A stretch of DNA of 26,325 nt, from the NCBI GenBank assembly GCA_001662655.1, contig KV460273.1. The stretch is one strand, 5' to 3'. The notes beneath the pieces are model-generated. The model was not told where the DNA came from. It saw nothing but the letters and a program-made list of their open reading frames with translations, and did not search any database. This document shows positions 12,801 to 22,328 of the stretch, in pieces (within the stretch, counting starts at the first letter, position 1; every line of letters begins with the position of its first letter). This DNA is from Pseudogymnoascus verrucosus (Eukaryota). Made by a program: the position numbers and the translations under genes.

Positions 12801-15800
12801 GCACCTCAGTCTGCGCGAGCTCTAGCTCGCGGTCCCTCGCCAGGTTCTCTGCTTCCTTGTCGAGTCGCTTCTGCTCCTTCTTGCTCAACTTCTTCGTGAA
12901 GGCAAATTCGTCTGCCTCTTTATCATCCTCTCCCTGTGATTTCGAGGTTTCCGGCTCCTCAACAATGGCATGGAGACCTTCCCCTGCCTCCTCAAGCTCG
13001 ATCTCACGGTCGCGTGCTTGCTTCGCCTGTTCCTTCTCCAGCTTCTTCTGTTCTTTCTTACTCAGTTTTTTAGTAAAGGCGAACTCCTCCTCCGCTTCTT
13101 TGAATTCGTCCTCTTGTGGCTCCTGATCCCAAGCCTCGGGTTCTTCTACCGCACGACTATTCGCAGCCTCGGCTTCCTCGAACTCCTTATCCTGGGCCAG
13201 TTTCGCGGCTTCCTTGTCCAAGCGCTTCTGTTCCTTCTTGCTCAGCTTCGGCGCAAACTCTTCCGCCTCCTTGAATTCGTCCTCTTGTTGCTCTTGGTCC
13301 CAAGCCTCAGGTTCTTCGACGGCACGACTATTCGCAGCCTCGGCTTCCTCNNNNNNNNNNNNNNNNNNNNNNNNNNNNNNNNNNNNNNNNNNNNNNNNNN
13401 NNNNNNNNNNNNNNNNNNNNNNNNNNNNNNNNNNGCCTCGGCTTCCTCGAATTCCTTATCTTGAGCAAGTTTGGCGGCCTCCTTCTCCAAGCGCTTCTGT
13501 TCCTTCTTGCTCAACTTCGGCGCAAACTCTTCCGCCTCCTTAAATTCGTCTGCTTGATGCTCTTGATCCCAAGCCTCAGGTTCTTCCACCGCACGACTAT
13601 TCGCTGCCTCAGCCTCTTCGAATTCCTTCTCCTGAGCAAGCTTAGCAGCCTCTTTCTCTAGCTTCTTCTGCTCTTTCTTGCTCAGCTTCTTGGTGAAGGA
13701 AAACTCATCAGCCTCTTTGAATTCGTCGTCCTGCAGCTCTCGGCTCTGAACCTCAGGCTCTTCGACGGGATGGTTATTGGCAGCCTCGGCTTCTGCAAAC
13801 TCCTTGTCTTGAGCTAGTTTCGCAGCCTCAGCTTCTGCCAACTCCTTCTCTTGAGCTAGTTTCGCAGCCTCAGCTTCGGCCAACTCCTTCTCTTGAGCTA
13901 GTTTCGCAGCCTCAGCTTCGGCCAACTCCTTCTCTTCGGCAAGTTTCGCGGCCGCAGCTTCCTTCTCCAACCTCTTCTGCTCCTTCTTGCTCAGCTTGGG
14001 CATGAATGCATCGAAGTCGTCAAACTCGTCCCGTATCTCCTCCTGCGGAGCCCCAGGTAACCCAACTCGTCCTCGGTCAAAGAACTCGGGCACTTCCCGA
14101 GCCTCTTCGCCCCAGACCTCCTCGGGCTCTTCGGCGGCACGGCCATTTGCAGCCTCGGTGTCTTCGAATTCCTTGTCTTGAGCAAGTTTCTCGGCCTCCT
14201 CCTCAAGCTTCTTTTGCTCCTTCTTGGTCAGCTTCTTGCCGTAGGCGAACTCGTCAGCCTCATCTTGTGGCCCCACGACTTCAGGCTCCACGACAATCTG
14301 GGCTATCATAGCTTGGTGTTCGCGCTCCCGGGCGGCATCTTCCTCCTCCTGTGCCAGTTTCGCGGCTTCTCTCTCCAGCCTCTTCTGCTCCTTCTTGCTG
14401 AGCTTCTTCGTGGGCGCGAAGTCTTCAACCTCGTCGACGCGCTCCTCAACAACCTCACGGTCTGCCGATTCCGCAGCAGTAGCAGCAGCTTCAGCCTCGG
14501 CCGCTTCAAACTCACGGTCCATTGCAAGCTTCGCAGCCTCCTTCTCCAGCTTCTTCTGCTCCTTCTTGCTCAGCTTCTTCGAGGGTGTGAACTCATCAGC
14601 CTCGTCGGCGGGCTGCTCCGGCTCTGCAACCTCGCGCTCCCCGGAGTAGTGATGCGCCACCCCCGCAATAGCAGCAGCTGCTACTGCAGCGGCCGCGGCA
14701 GCCTCAATTCCGCCGAACTCGTGATCCTTCGCACGCTTTGCCTCCTCCTTCTCCAGTTTCTTCTGCTCCTTCTTGCTCAGCTTCTTGGAGACAGGAAACT
14801 CCTCCTCGATCTCGCGACTCGCCTCCTCCAGCACAGGCCCATCGCTGGCTCCGCTAGGATGACGCTCATAAACGCCTAAGTCCGTGACCGTCTCCGAGAA
14901 CGGCTTATGGTACACCACCGTCTCGACATCCGATCCCGGCGGCGACGAGCGCCTCGCGAAGCTAGAGTCATTAATAACGATATTCGGGTCGAAACCCGAG
15001 TCCTGAAGTCCCGCTGCGAGAGTGGCAGCGAAGTCGATATCGTCATCAAAGGCTCCGGGCATGCCGCGGCTCTCTACATCGGCGCCGGGCTTGGGGCCAA
15101 CGGAGGGAGGGGGACCGGGATCGCGGTGGTCATCCCTGGGGAGATCGCGCTCGAGGCTAGCGTCGTGGTCGTTGGCGTGCTCGGGCTCCACGGTGATGCC
15201 ACGGTATTCGAAGGTCTCAGCTGGGGAAGCGGGGGCTTCGGCCGCGCGCGCCTTCTCTTCTGCCGCTTCTTCAGCCTTAATCTCAGCTGCGCGTGCGATG
15301 AAGGCACCGCGGATGTCTCCCCAACGAGAAGACTTCTTCTTCGCTGGTTCCGGTGCGGCAGCGTTGTGGATCGGGTCGGCGGCCTCGCCGTAGGGTGTTA
15401 CGGGCACGAAGCTCTTGACTTCGTCTTCGCCCCACTTGACGCCCTTAGATTCCGACGGGGAGACCGTGACAATATCGCGGTCTGAGACCTCGCGATCATT
15501 TGTCTCGGGGGACCTAGTCCTCTCAGCTTCTGCCTTGACTTCACGGAGCTTCTGCGCCTCAGGTGAGGGAGTAGGATAGACGAGGTTTAGGAGCGGTCGG
15601 GAGAGGCCCATCATGGCTGGGTCGAAGGGGCCCTCTATCTCGCGGCTCTGCGAGACCGGGTACGCGCGGAGCACAACGGGGGAGAACGTCGGCATGTCCT
15701 TAGGGTGCATGACATGGTCGAGCTCGAAGTCGGCATTGGGGCTATCGTAGGGACCCTTCTCCTTGTCCTCGTCGTTGTTTTCTGGAGTCACAGGACGCGG

Positions 15801-18095
15801 TGCCGGTTCCTTGGCAGCCGCCTTGTTCGCGGCGATGGTCTCGCGGTACACGCGGTCGGCATCTTCTTGGATGAGATCGCGCTCTCTCTCGGTGCTGGCG
15901 GAGTATGACTTGCGCTTGCCCTTCTTAAACTCCCTCTTAGTAGGGCTGGAGTCTTCAGCGGCCGCAACATCACTTGATGCTGCGGGCGGCTCGTCAGTTA
16001 CTACGCGAACGACCCGTACCTGCTCGGGGGATTTCTCTCTCGAACGGCCACGGGTCTCAGAGGGTCCGTCATCACGGGCTGCTGATGCATCCGGGACTAC
16101 CGGGGTGCGCGCTCCTCCGCGAGCAAAGCGAGGCACTCTCTCCACCGTCACGATAGCAGGGGTGTGGCCTCTCTCAATCGTGGACCCGAGAGCAAGGGTA
16201 TCCATAGGCAGCTCAGGCGCGCTCTCAAGGGCTCTTTCGGGAGCCTTCTCAAGAGCCCTGGCCGAAGGTCCATCGGCAGCTGCCTGACGCGATTTGTGGG
16301 GCCTGTCCGCGATCTCGAAAGCGTCGTCAGCAACCTGGTACTGGAATGGGTCGGGACGAGTGGCAGATACCAGCTGACGAGAGGTAGGGAGCTCCTCACG
16401 CTCTTCGCGTTCCTCGCCACGGCGTCGCTCACGCCTCTCATCCGGGCGGTAGTCGCGCTGCTCGTCATCACGGCGGGAGTCTCGGGGTCTATCGCTCTTT
16501 TCGTATCTCTCCGACTCGCGACGGCTTTCACGGCGCCTCTCACGATCGTCCTCAGGTTCGTGCACCTCCTTACTGCGTCGCTCGCGTCGCTTCGCTCTCT
16601 CATAATCGTCTTCGGTTCTACGCTTCTCGAGTCGGTTGGCCGCCATCCCAGCAAGTGCAACTCCAGCAAGGCCCGCACCAGCGAAGGTCGCGTAACCCCC
16701 AGAGTCTCTCTTGCTCCCAGAGTCCCTTTTACTCCCAGAGTCTCTTTTTCGAGGTGTAGAGTCCACATGAGCTGGGATGGAGGACTGTTCGTAGATAGTT
16801 TGCGAAACGGGTGTGAATGGCTTAGGTTGTCGTAGAGGTAGAGAGTCGGTGCGCGATACATTGTAGATTGGTTGGTCTTGGACAGACGCGACGGATCTCC
16901 GGCCTGCGTCAAAGTTGAGAGGGTCGTCCGTAGGCATTGGGAAGACGTGTTGTAGAGATCCAGAGCTTTGGGCACTTCCCCTGCGGGCGGGAGCAGCAGT
17001 GGGAATGTAGCCATCATCCTTTCCACGTAGACTCGGGGCTGGCGGTGGCTGCTGCGGTGACACATAGCCAGTGTCCCTCGCCGCAAAAGAGGATGGTTCC
17101 GGCATAAAGCCTCCAGGAGCATTGATGTCGACCTCTCCGAAGCCGACCGGCCTCGAGAGGACGCCATTCAGCGAGTTCTGTGGGCCGAAGAGCTTCGGGT
17201 CCACAATGGTGCTCTTGCGCTTGACGGGCATTGGAGGACGCGGACGTCCCCAATTCCATGTGTTCTCACCGCCATATGCAAGCCCCAAATCCACGCTGCT
17301 AGAGGAGTCGGACTCGTCATCGCTCGCTGACTCCCATCCGTCCTCATCCGCGCCATGGCTAGGTTTCGACGACCCAAGTCCACGGCTAGACTCCAGGCCC
17401 TTAACCCCAAGCCCATGTCTTCCTGAGTCCTCCCTCCTAATATGCACAATTCCCTGTTTCCGCGCCTCAATCAGGTCCATGCGGTTCTGTTTCCTTGCCA
17501 GCGCAGCCAATCCCGCGCCGACCTCTAGTATCTCCGTCTCAACATCCTTCTCCTTGCGCTTCTTCCCTTGCGCTGGACCCGCGGGCGCATACACGCCGCC
17601 CGTTTCGCGCTCCCTCCTGGAACCGTAGGGTGACACGTATCTCTCCTTTCGCTTCTTCACGTAGCCGGTTCCGTATGCGAGGTTGCTGTCGACGGAGCTG
17701 CTCGACGAGTTCCCCAGCTTCATGGACGCGCGGCTTCTCTGTTTCTTGACGCGGCGCCGCCTGTCCGGGGCAGCGAAGAAGGACCGGAAGAATCCCACGG
17801 CTGACCGGCGCTGGGTGGGCGACCTGCGCGAGATGTCGATGTAGCTCGAGCTGGAGGACGAAACATTGTCGCTGCTGTAGCGGCGGGGACCGCGGGTGCC
17901 GCGCAAGTTCATGTCCTCTTCTGGCTCGGCGTATATAGGTGCCGCTCTAGTATTCGAGTAGATCGGCTGTGGTTGTGTTTGTGTTTGGTAGCTGTCGCTG
18001 CGAGCGGCGTCGCGGCGATCCTGTTGTTTTGATGGCGAGTCTCGTTTCTTGCGGCGGGACCCTGAGGCCTCGCCGCGCGTACGAGCGTCGGCCAT
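847..18095 (-). CDS. lah: Leashin-like Woronin-body tether (giant 'involucrin repeat' protein), about 5,700 aa; one gene spanning the assembly gap, probable intron 2356..2409
   Basis: ORFs 13242..18095 and 847..13221 carry the same repeat on either side of the N gap and join in frame when the repeat is phased. The N-terminal region has a DIDFAATLAAGLQDSGFDPNIVI block, the middle is a very long acidic/Pro-rich tract with repeated poly-Lys clusters, and the C-terminus has a coiled coil plus a folded domain (NEDYFDDACQRLCEHVSQWILRFSKFSD...VLFPLVVKQGDDEG). Size and layout match my recollection of Aspergillus/Neurospora Leashin; not confirmed by search. Confidence 0.8.
2356..2409 (-). other. Predicted 54-nt spliceosomal intron in the leashin-like gene (phase 0, in frame, no stop)
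   Basis: Minus strand reads TAC|GTAAGT...TACTGAT...TTTGCAG|GAT: canonical donor, CTRAY branch site and acceptor. It is an AT-rich island in GC-rich coding sequence, and removal gives MADVY-DGYGEG. Confidence 0.88.
3960..4650 (-). repeat. Four coding repeats DG(L/F)E(V/A)GY(E/K)EDQL(S/A)LA(K/R)QLQAE(F/Y)..SKKSKK, spaced about 180-210 bp apart
   Basis: Four copies visible in the translation. On the + strand, 'tcctcgtagccaacctcaag' recurs near 4040, 4220 and 4418, with a diverged copy near 4622. Confidence 0.92.
4715..10230 (-). repeat. About 25 dispersed coding repeats EPx(W/F)ALKPSKKDKKK(A/G)KK(G/S)RG separated by variable acidic/Pro-rich spacers
   Basis: Counted by eye in the 4124-aa translation. 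On the + strand they appear as recurrent 'ttcttcttgtc(t/c)ttctt(t/c)ga(a/t)ggctt'. Confidence 0.95.
13351..13434. other. Assembly gap (84 N) inside the 171-bp tandem repeat
   Basis: Run of N. The left flank ends and the right flank begins with the same 14-mer, gcctcggcttcctc. Confidence 0.99.
13781..13950 (-). repeat. 42-bp tandem minisatellite encoding (AEAEAAKLAQEKEL) x ~4
   Basis: The unit tcttgagctagtttcgcagcctcagcttc(g/t)gccaactccttc is repeated almost perfectly three times, with degenerate flanking copies. Confidence 0.95.
16697..16750 (-). repeat. 18-bp tandem repeat encoding KRDSGS x3
   Basis: 'cccagagtc(t/c)ct(c/t)tt' occurs three times; the translation reads RKRDSGSKRDSGSKRDSGG. 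Confidence 0.9.
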
Positions 18096-19688
18096 CGTGG
18101 TGGCTTAGTTGTGTAGTGGTGTGTGCATTAGCTGTCGGCGACGAGCTGAAGCGACACTGTGAAGTAGATATTTGCGATTCTGTCGGTGAGGATGATGGTG
18201 AGCTCAGGTATTTTGTGGTTATAGGTGCTCCACTCGGAATGATGAGGCTGGGGGTCAAAGTCTTGGCGGCAACGGGAGGAGCTGAGGGATTGTTTCGGTT
18301 GGTGCCAAGCATGCTCACTATGAGTTGTCCTACATACTAAATTTGCGCTCGACGCCTGAATCACATGATCTAGTAGGGGTATACAGCATGGGCGCGTAGG
18401 AAATCTATTTACAGATTACAGTACAGTATTCAGGTTGATATTGATACGTTATCCGCCGTCCTTGTTGATTGATATTTTGGAGGTAAACAAGGGGACAAGC
18501 TACTCTTGGTTTTCCCCATGGGACCCCGTTTGTACCATGGTTCTCACCGGGGCGTGCGGGACGGCCCCTCTGTCCACCGCCGAACAACTAATATCCCGCC
18601 AGTGGTACACGAGATTCTTCAGTAGCCAGGCACGAAATTCGGGAATATAAAAAGTTTCATTTATTTACCGTTTTTTTTAATTCAACCCTTCCCGCAGTAA
18701 AGGGGTCCAACCCAAGCGGTCTGCTGGAACAAACAGGCTAAACTGAAAGAACCCCACGGTTGCATCAAAGTGTCTCACATCGGGCATCAACTTGTCTGTA
18801 GCGTGGTAAAACTCAAAACTCGGTCTACGCTATGTACGTGGCTGCAATTAATTCCATATTTTCTCATTTTTTGACTCAACGTCGCGGCCCATGGCCCACC
18901 ACAACGCAGCAAACTATTAGATCCAACTCATTGGGCGCGCAGACAACGAATTTAGTAAATGATCACATGAACTCCTCCATAATAGTATATTTGGACCTGC
19001 AGCTCGAGTGATGTCATATCGCAGACACGCAACCAACATACAATAATGTCAGGTTGGGCGTGTATCTAATCGGCGCACTTGCGCTGGCCTGCTACATAAT
19101 TTCTCTGGATCACATGTATATGAGCCAACAGTCGATACCGTCGACTAGTAAATTGGACTGATTTTTATATTTGCTATGTAAGGCGTCGAGTCGAACATCG
19201 AGGGTGGGTTGGGACATAAGTAAACATGTGTGAAAGGTAATATTTATATTTTAGTATTATATTTGTTGAGAATATAAATCACAGGAAACACCTCTTCGGA
19301 CTTTTTTTTTTGTCTCAGTCCATCATATGTCAACGATGTACTCACTAGTCTTTTTCAATATACTGACTATTTAAAGTCCAATCTAATTAATAATAAATTA
19401 CTATATCCCTAAGCTTTCGTTGATACAGAGTTGTAGTATTGGAATGGGGGATTAATGACGTCCGGGAAATATTCCCAACTAAATATGTTGCCTAATACCG
19501 CATGTAGAATTCCTAGCCTGGTGAGATACGATTCTGTTTTATTAGTGCAACAACTCTCACTATCCAAAGTAGGGAATGGGAGGTGTGGAGAAAGACGACA
19601 ATAGCTACTATTGCGTGGTATGCTACCGTCAAGAACAACCGATAGGACTGTAATTCCCCCAGCCACGAAGAGTCCAAATATATGGACT

Positions 19689-22328
19689 TCATCCCTGAAT
19701 TCCAGCAAAATACCTGAACAACCCGACCCTACGTGATTGCTTTCGAGCCTTCGGAGGCTTGGGCCTTGGATGCGCTGGTTGCGCTGGTGGCGCTGGCGAC
19801 TTAGCCCTCTCTCTGTTCGGCCCTGAAGGCGACAGATGAGGGACATCACCTCCTGATTTCTGTCCTGCCTTTGCCGCATCATCGACCACCTTCTTATCCG
19901 TCGCCTTTTTAGCACTCTCCGCATACTTCAGCTTTGACTGTGCTACGAGCGCTTCCTTTAGCAGCTCAGAAGTTGTTTCAATATCGCTGGTATTTGTTGT
20001 CCACTTGCTCCTCAAGTTAAACACCTCGGTGAGCACGGTGATGGCCTTTGACGGGTCACGGAGATAGGTCAAACACTCACCATACGAGTCCCCAATCCAA
20101 AGGAGGTCCGTGAGGGCATCCAAGTTCCGATCCCCGAGGATTTTGTTCACACGCGGACTTGCCTCGTTCCACACCATCCGCAGTGTCTCCTTCGCCGACT
20201 TGTATGTTGCCATTTGTTTCTCCTCGTTCTTGCACGCCTCCGCGTCCGCAATCAGCAGCTCGGCGTAGGAGCGACCGATCGTGAGGTTAGCGACGGTCAG
20301 TGCCAAGGGCCTAGAATCGTCCTTCTTGTGCCCGATAGGCAGAAGTGCCGTCTTGCATAAAAGTCGGAAAACGTCCATCGCGTCGGCGTCCCGGCCAGGT
20401 TGAGATAAAATGGCTCGTCCATAGCTCCAGCCAATTTGAATAGTAAGTACATTATTTACCCCAAGTTCTGCTGCCGCCTTCGCCTCTTCCCAAGCTGCCT
20501 TGAGCGTCTTCTCGGAGTCTCCGGTTTCCATGCGACTAAGCTGAGCTAATCCTAGCTGGTATTGATGCTGAAGACTAATCTTCTTGTTACCCTTTTCTTC
20601 AGCTAGTTTAGCTATAGATTTGTACAGCTCATCGAGATCGCCGCCGTCGTCGTTTGGTAGATGACCGATGGTGGATACTAAAGTCAACGCGGTCTTGATG
20701 CACCTGTTGATGTATTCGTTGCCGCTACGTTTCTCCAGCGCCTTCCATACGACCAAGAGAACTTCTTTAGCTTCTTTATAATTCCCAACACTGACGAAGA
20801 ACTGGCCTAACTCCTGGCCACATGACAAAACGTCGTCGGTCAAGTTGATATCAGCAGCCTTTCCCCAGATCTTCCTTAGCGTCTCCACCGATTCCGAGCT
20901 GAGGTGGAAAGACTTCTGTGCGGCTACCATTTCCAATGCAGCGTTCGCCGCACCATTCACGTCATCCCTAGCGAGCCGGCGAGTGGCCACCTTTCTGTAC
21001 CATAGGGCCGACTCATCTATCTGATCGCGCCTCTGACTGAGTAGAGCTAGACTGATACCGGCTCCATCTCTGAACTTGTCGTCCATTAGGCTGTCGTCGA
21101 ACCAGACTTGCAGGTATTCCCATTCTACCGCATTAAGCTTTTCGCCTATGCCTTTTTCGAGGATCACGCAGTAGTCTTTGAATATGTCTTGTGTCTTCTC
21201 AGAATCCTTTCCTAGGTGTTTACGTCTGTCATAAAGGACTCTTTTTGCGATCTCTTCTGCTTCTTTGTGTTTGTCCATCTTCATCAGTGTCTTAACACGT
21301 CCATGCTGGTGCCCAAGCGCCTCCTGCTCGAGCGCTGTACGCCGGTTGGTATCTTCATCTGAAGAGTGCTGCTTTGGCAAGGCCTGTAGCCGGGAGGTCA
21401 CATCCTTGTTTAGAGCATCGTAAAGTTCTAAGGAGACCGTTAAAATATCCTTTCTCATCGTAGCCGTTAAAATGGTATCCTTTTTCGTCTTTGAGTTCCC
21501 CTTGTCGGATGTTAGGACTCTGATACATTCATTGGTCCTATTTGCCATGTTGTGATACGCTGTCCTAAATTGTTCTCGACTCCCTCGGAGATCGCTGGCT
21601 TTCTTCTTGGCGTTTTCCAGCTCTATCTTCAGCGTCTGCAGTCCCTTCTTGGCGTTATCCAGCTCTATCTTCTGCGTTTCCAGTTCCTTCTTGGCTTCCT
21701 CCAGTTCTGTCTTTAGCGTCTTCAGTTCCTCCTGGGTTAGTTCTTGGACCTTCTCCAAGCACCTTGAATTCTCTTCTGCCTCTAAAAGCTTCGATTTTGT
21801 TGATGATAGCTCCTTTTGGACAGCCTCTAAGTCAGACTTCGAGGGTCGATTGTCGTCGGGTGGGGAAGACTCATTCTCCTGCCCCTGGACTTCCCGGTAC
21901 GTTCCCTCAGGAGCAAATGTCGTCCCTGCAAATCCAAGCGTTAGGGTATTAAGCTGGCTTGCAATCGACAGGATGCTGTAGCGACACATCTCGCAACCCG
22001 ATGATCCGCCCAGACACTTCCGACTGCCCGTGTTGGCAGCACATGTGCCCCAAGGTGTCCTGAGAGTCTTAAGGAGGTTATCCCGGCAAGCAGTCCAATG
22101 CTCTCGAAGACGGGATGACTCTTTGGTCGCATGCAGCTGGTTGCGCAATAGCTCCACAATTATGTCGGTGATTCTCAAACCAGTTCCTCCATAGAGGGAA
22201 AGCTGGTACAATTCTAATGTAGAACTTCGAGGGGCGTATGCCCGGGCTTCACCAAGATCATAAAGCCTGGCCCTTAGTTCGCCCAAAATCTCCTCCTCCG
22301 GCGTCATTGATGACAAGTAGTGAGCCAT
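19689..22328 (-). CDS. Uncharacterised 879-aa protein: N-terminal helical/Cys-containing region, coiled coil, TPR-like helical repeats, basic Pro-rich tail
   Basis: Uninterrupted 2.6-kb ORF. A heptad region (LEAVQKELSSTKSKLLEAEE...LENAKKKASDL) is followed by TPR-like segments such as KHKEAEEIAKRVLYDRRKHLGKDSEKT, GNYKEAKEVLLVVWKA, SEKTLKAAWEEAKAAAELGVNNVLT and YKSAKETLRMVWNEA. The true start may lie in an upstream exon. Confidence 0.8.
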   Translation of the reverse strand: MAHYLSSMTPEEEILGELRARLYDLGEARAYAPRSSTLELYQLSLYGGTGLRITDIIVELLRNQLHATKESSRLREHWTACRDNLLKTLRTPWGTCAANTGSRKCLGGSSGCEMCRYSILSIASQLNTLTLGFAGTTFAPEGTYREVQGQENESSPPDDNRPSKSDLEAVQKELSSTKSKLLEAEENSRCLEKVQELTQEELKTLKTELEEAKKELETQKIELDNAKKGLQTLKIELENAKKKASDLRGSREQFRTAYHNMANRTNECIRVLTSDKGNSKTKKDTILTATMRKDILTVSLELYDALNKDVTSRLQALPKQHSSDEDTNRRTALEQEALGHQHGRVKTLMKMDKHKEAEEIAKRVLYDRRKHLGKDSEKTQDIFKDYCVILEKGIGEKLNAVEWEYLQVWFDDSLMDDKFRDGAGISLALLSQRRDQIDESALWYRKVATRRLARDDVNGAANAALEMVAAQKSFHLSSESVETLRKIWGKAADINLTDDVLSCGQELGQFFVSVGNYKEAKEVLLVVWKALEKRSGNEYINRCIKTALTLVSTIGHLPNDDGGDLDELYKSIAKLAEEKGNKKISLQHQYQLGLAQLSRMETGDSEKTLKAAWEEAKAAAELGVNNVLTIQIGWSYGRAILSQPGRDADAMDVFRLLCKTALLPIGHKKDDSRPLALTVANLTIGRSYAELLIADAEACKNEEKQMATYKSAKETLRMVWNEASPRVNKILGDRNLDALTDLLWIGDSYGECLTYLRDPSKAITVLTEVFNLRSKWTTNTSDIETTSELLKEALVAQSKLKYAESAKKATDKKVVDDAAKAGQKSGGDVPHLSPSGPNRERAKSPAPPAQPAHPRPKPPKARKQSRRVGLFRYFAGIQG
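21603..21730 (-). repeat. 42-bp (two-heptad) tandem repeat x3 in the coiled coil
   Basis: 'cttcttggcgtt(t/a)tccagctctatcttc' recurs at 42-bp spacing; the protein reads ELKTLKTELEEAKK / ELETQKIELDNAKK / GLQTLKIELENAKK. Confidence 0.88.

Larger units (their letters stand above)
12840..14795 (-). repeat. About 10 coding repeats KKLSKKEQK(K/R)L(E/D)KEAAKLAQ, including near-identical 171-bp (57-aa) tandem units around the gap
   Basis: Equivalent positions fall at 13179 and 13350, and at 13448 and 13619, each pair 171 bp apart. The motif recurs in both ORFs. Confidence 0.93.

Noticed and set aside
13221..13350. Separate start for the 4124-aa ORF (TTG at 13221) and the RKPRLRIVV...RRS* tail of the 1617-aa ORF
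   Set aside because: Both result from the wrong gap length. The true frame continues the same repeat through 13350.
4715..14795. Repeat-spacer pattern superficially like a CRISPR array
   Set aside because: The repeats are in-frame coding, vary at synonymous positions, have long irregular spacers, and lie in a eukaryotic gene with no cas genes nearby.
16148..17167. 339-aa alternative-frame ORF on the minus strand
   Set aside because: Overlaps the main frame in a GC-rich, stop-poor segment and has a low-complexity Ser/Arg/Ala translation.
19230..19410. AT-rich tract as a possible RIP-mutated transposon relic
   Set aside because: Short, with no terminal repeats or coding remnant; consistent with the 3' UTR/terminator of the 879-aa gene.
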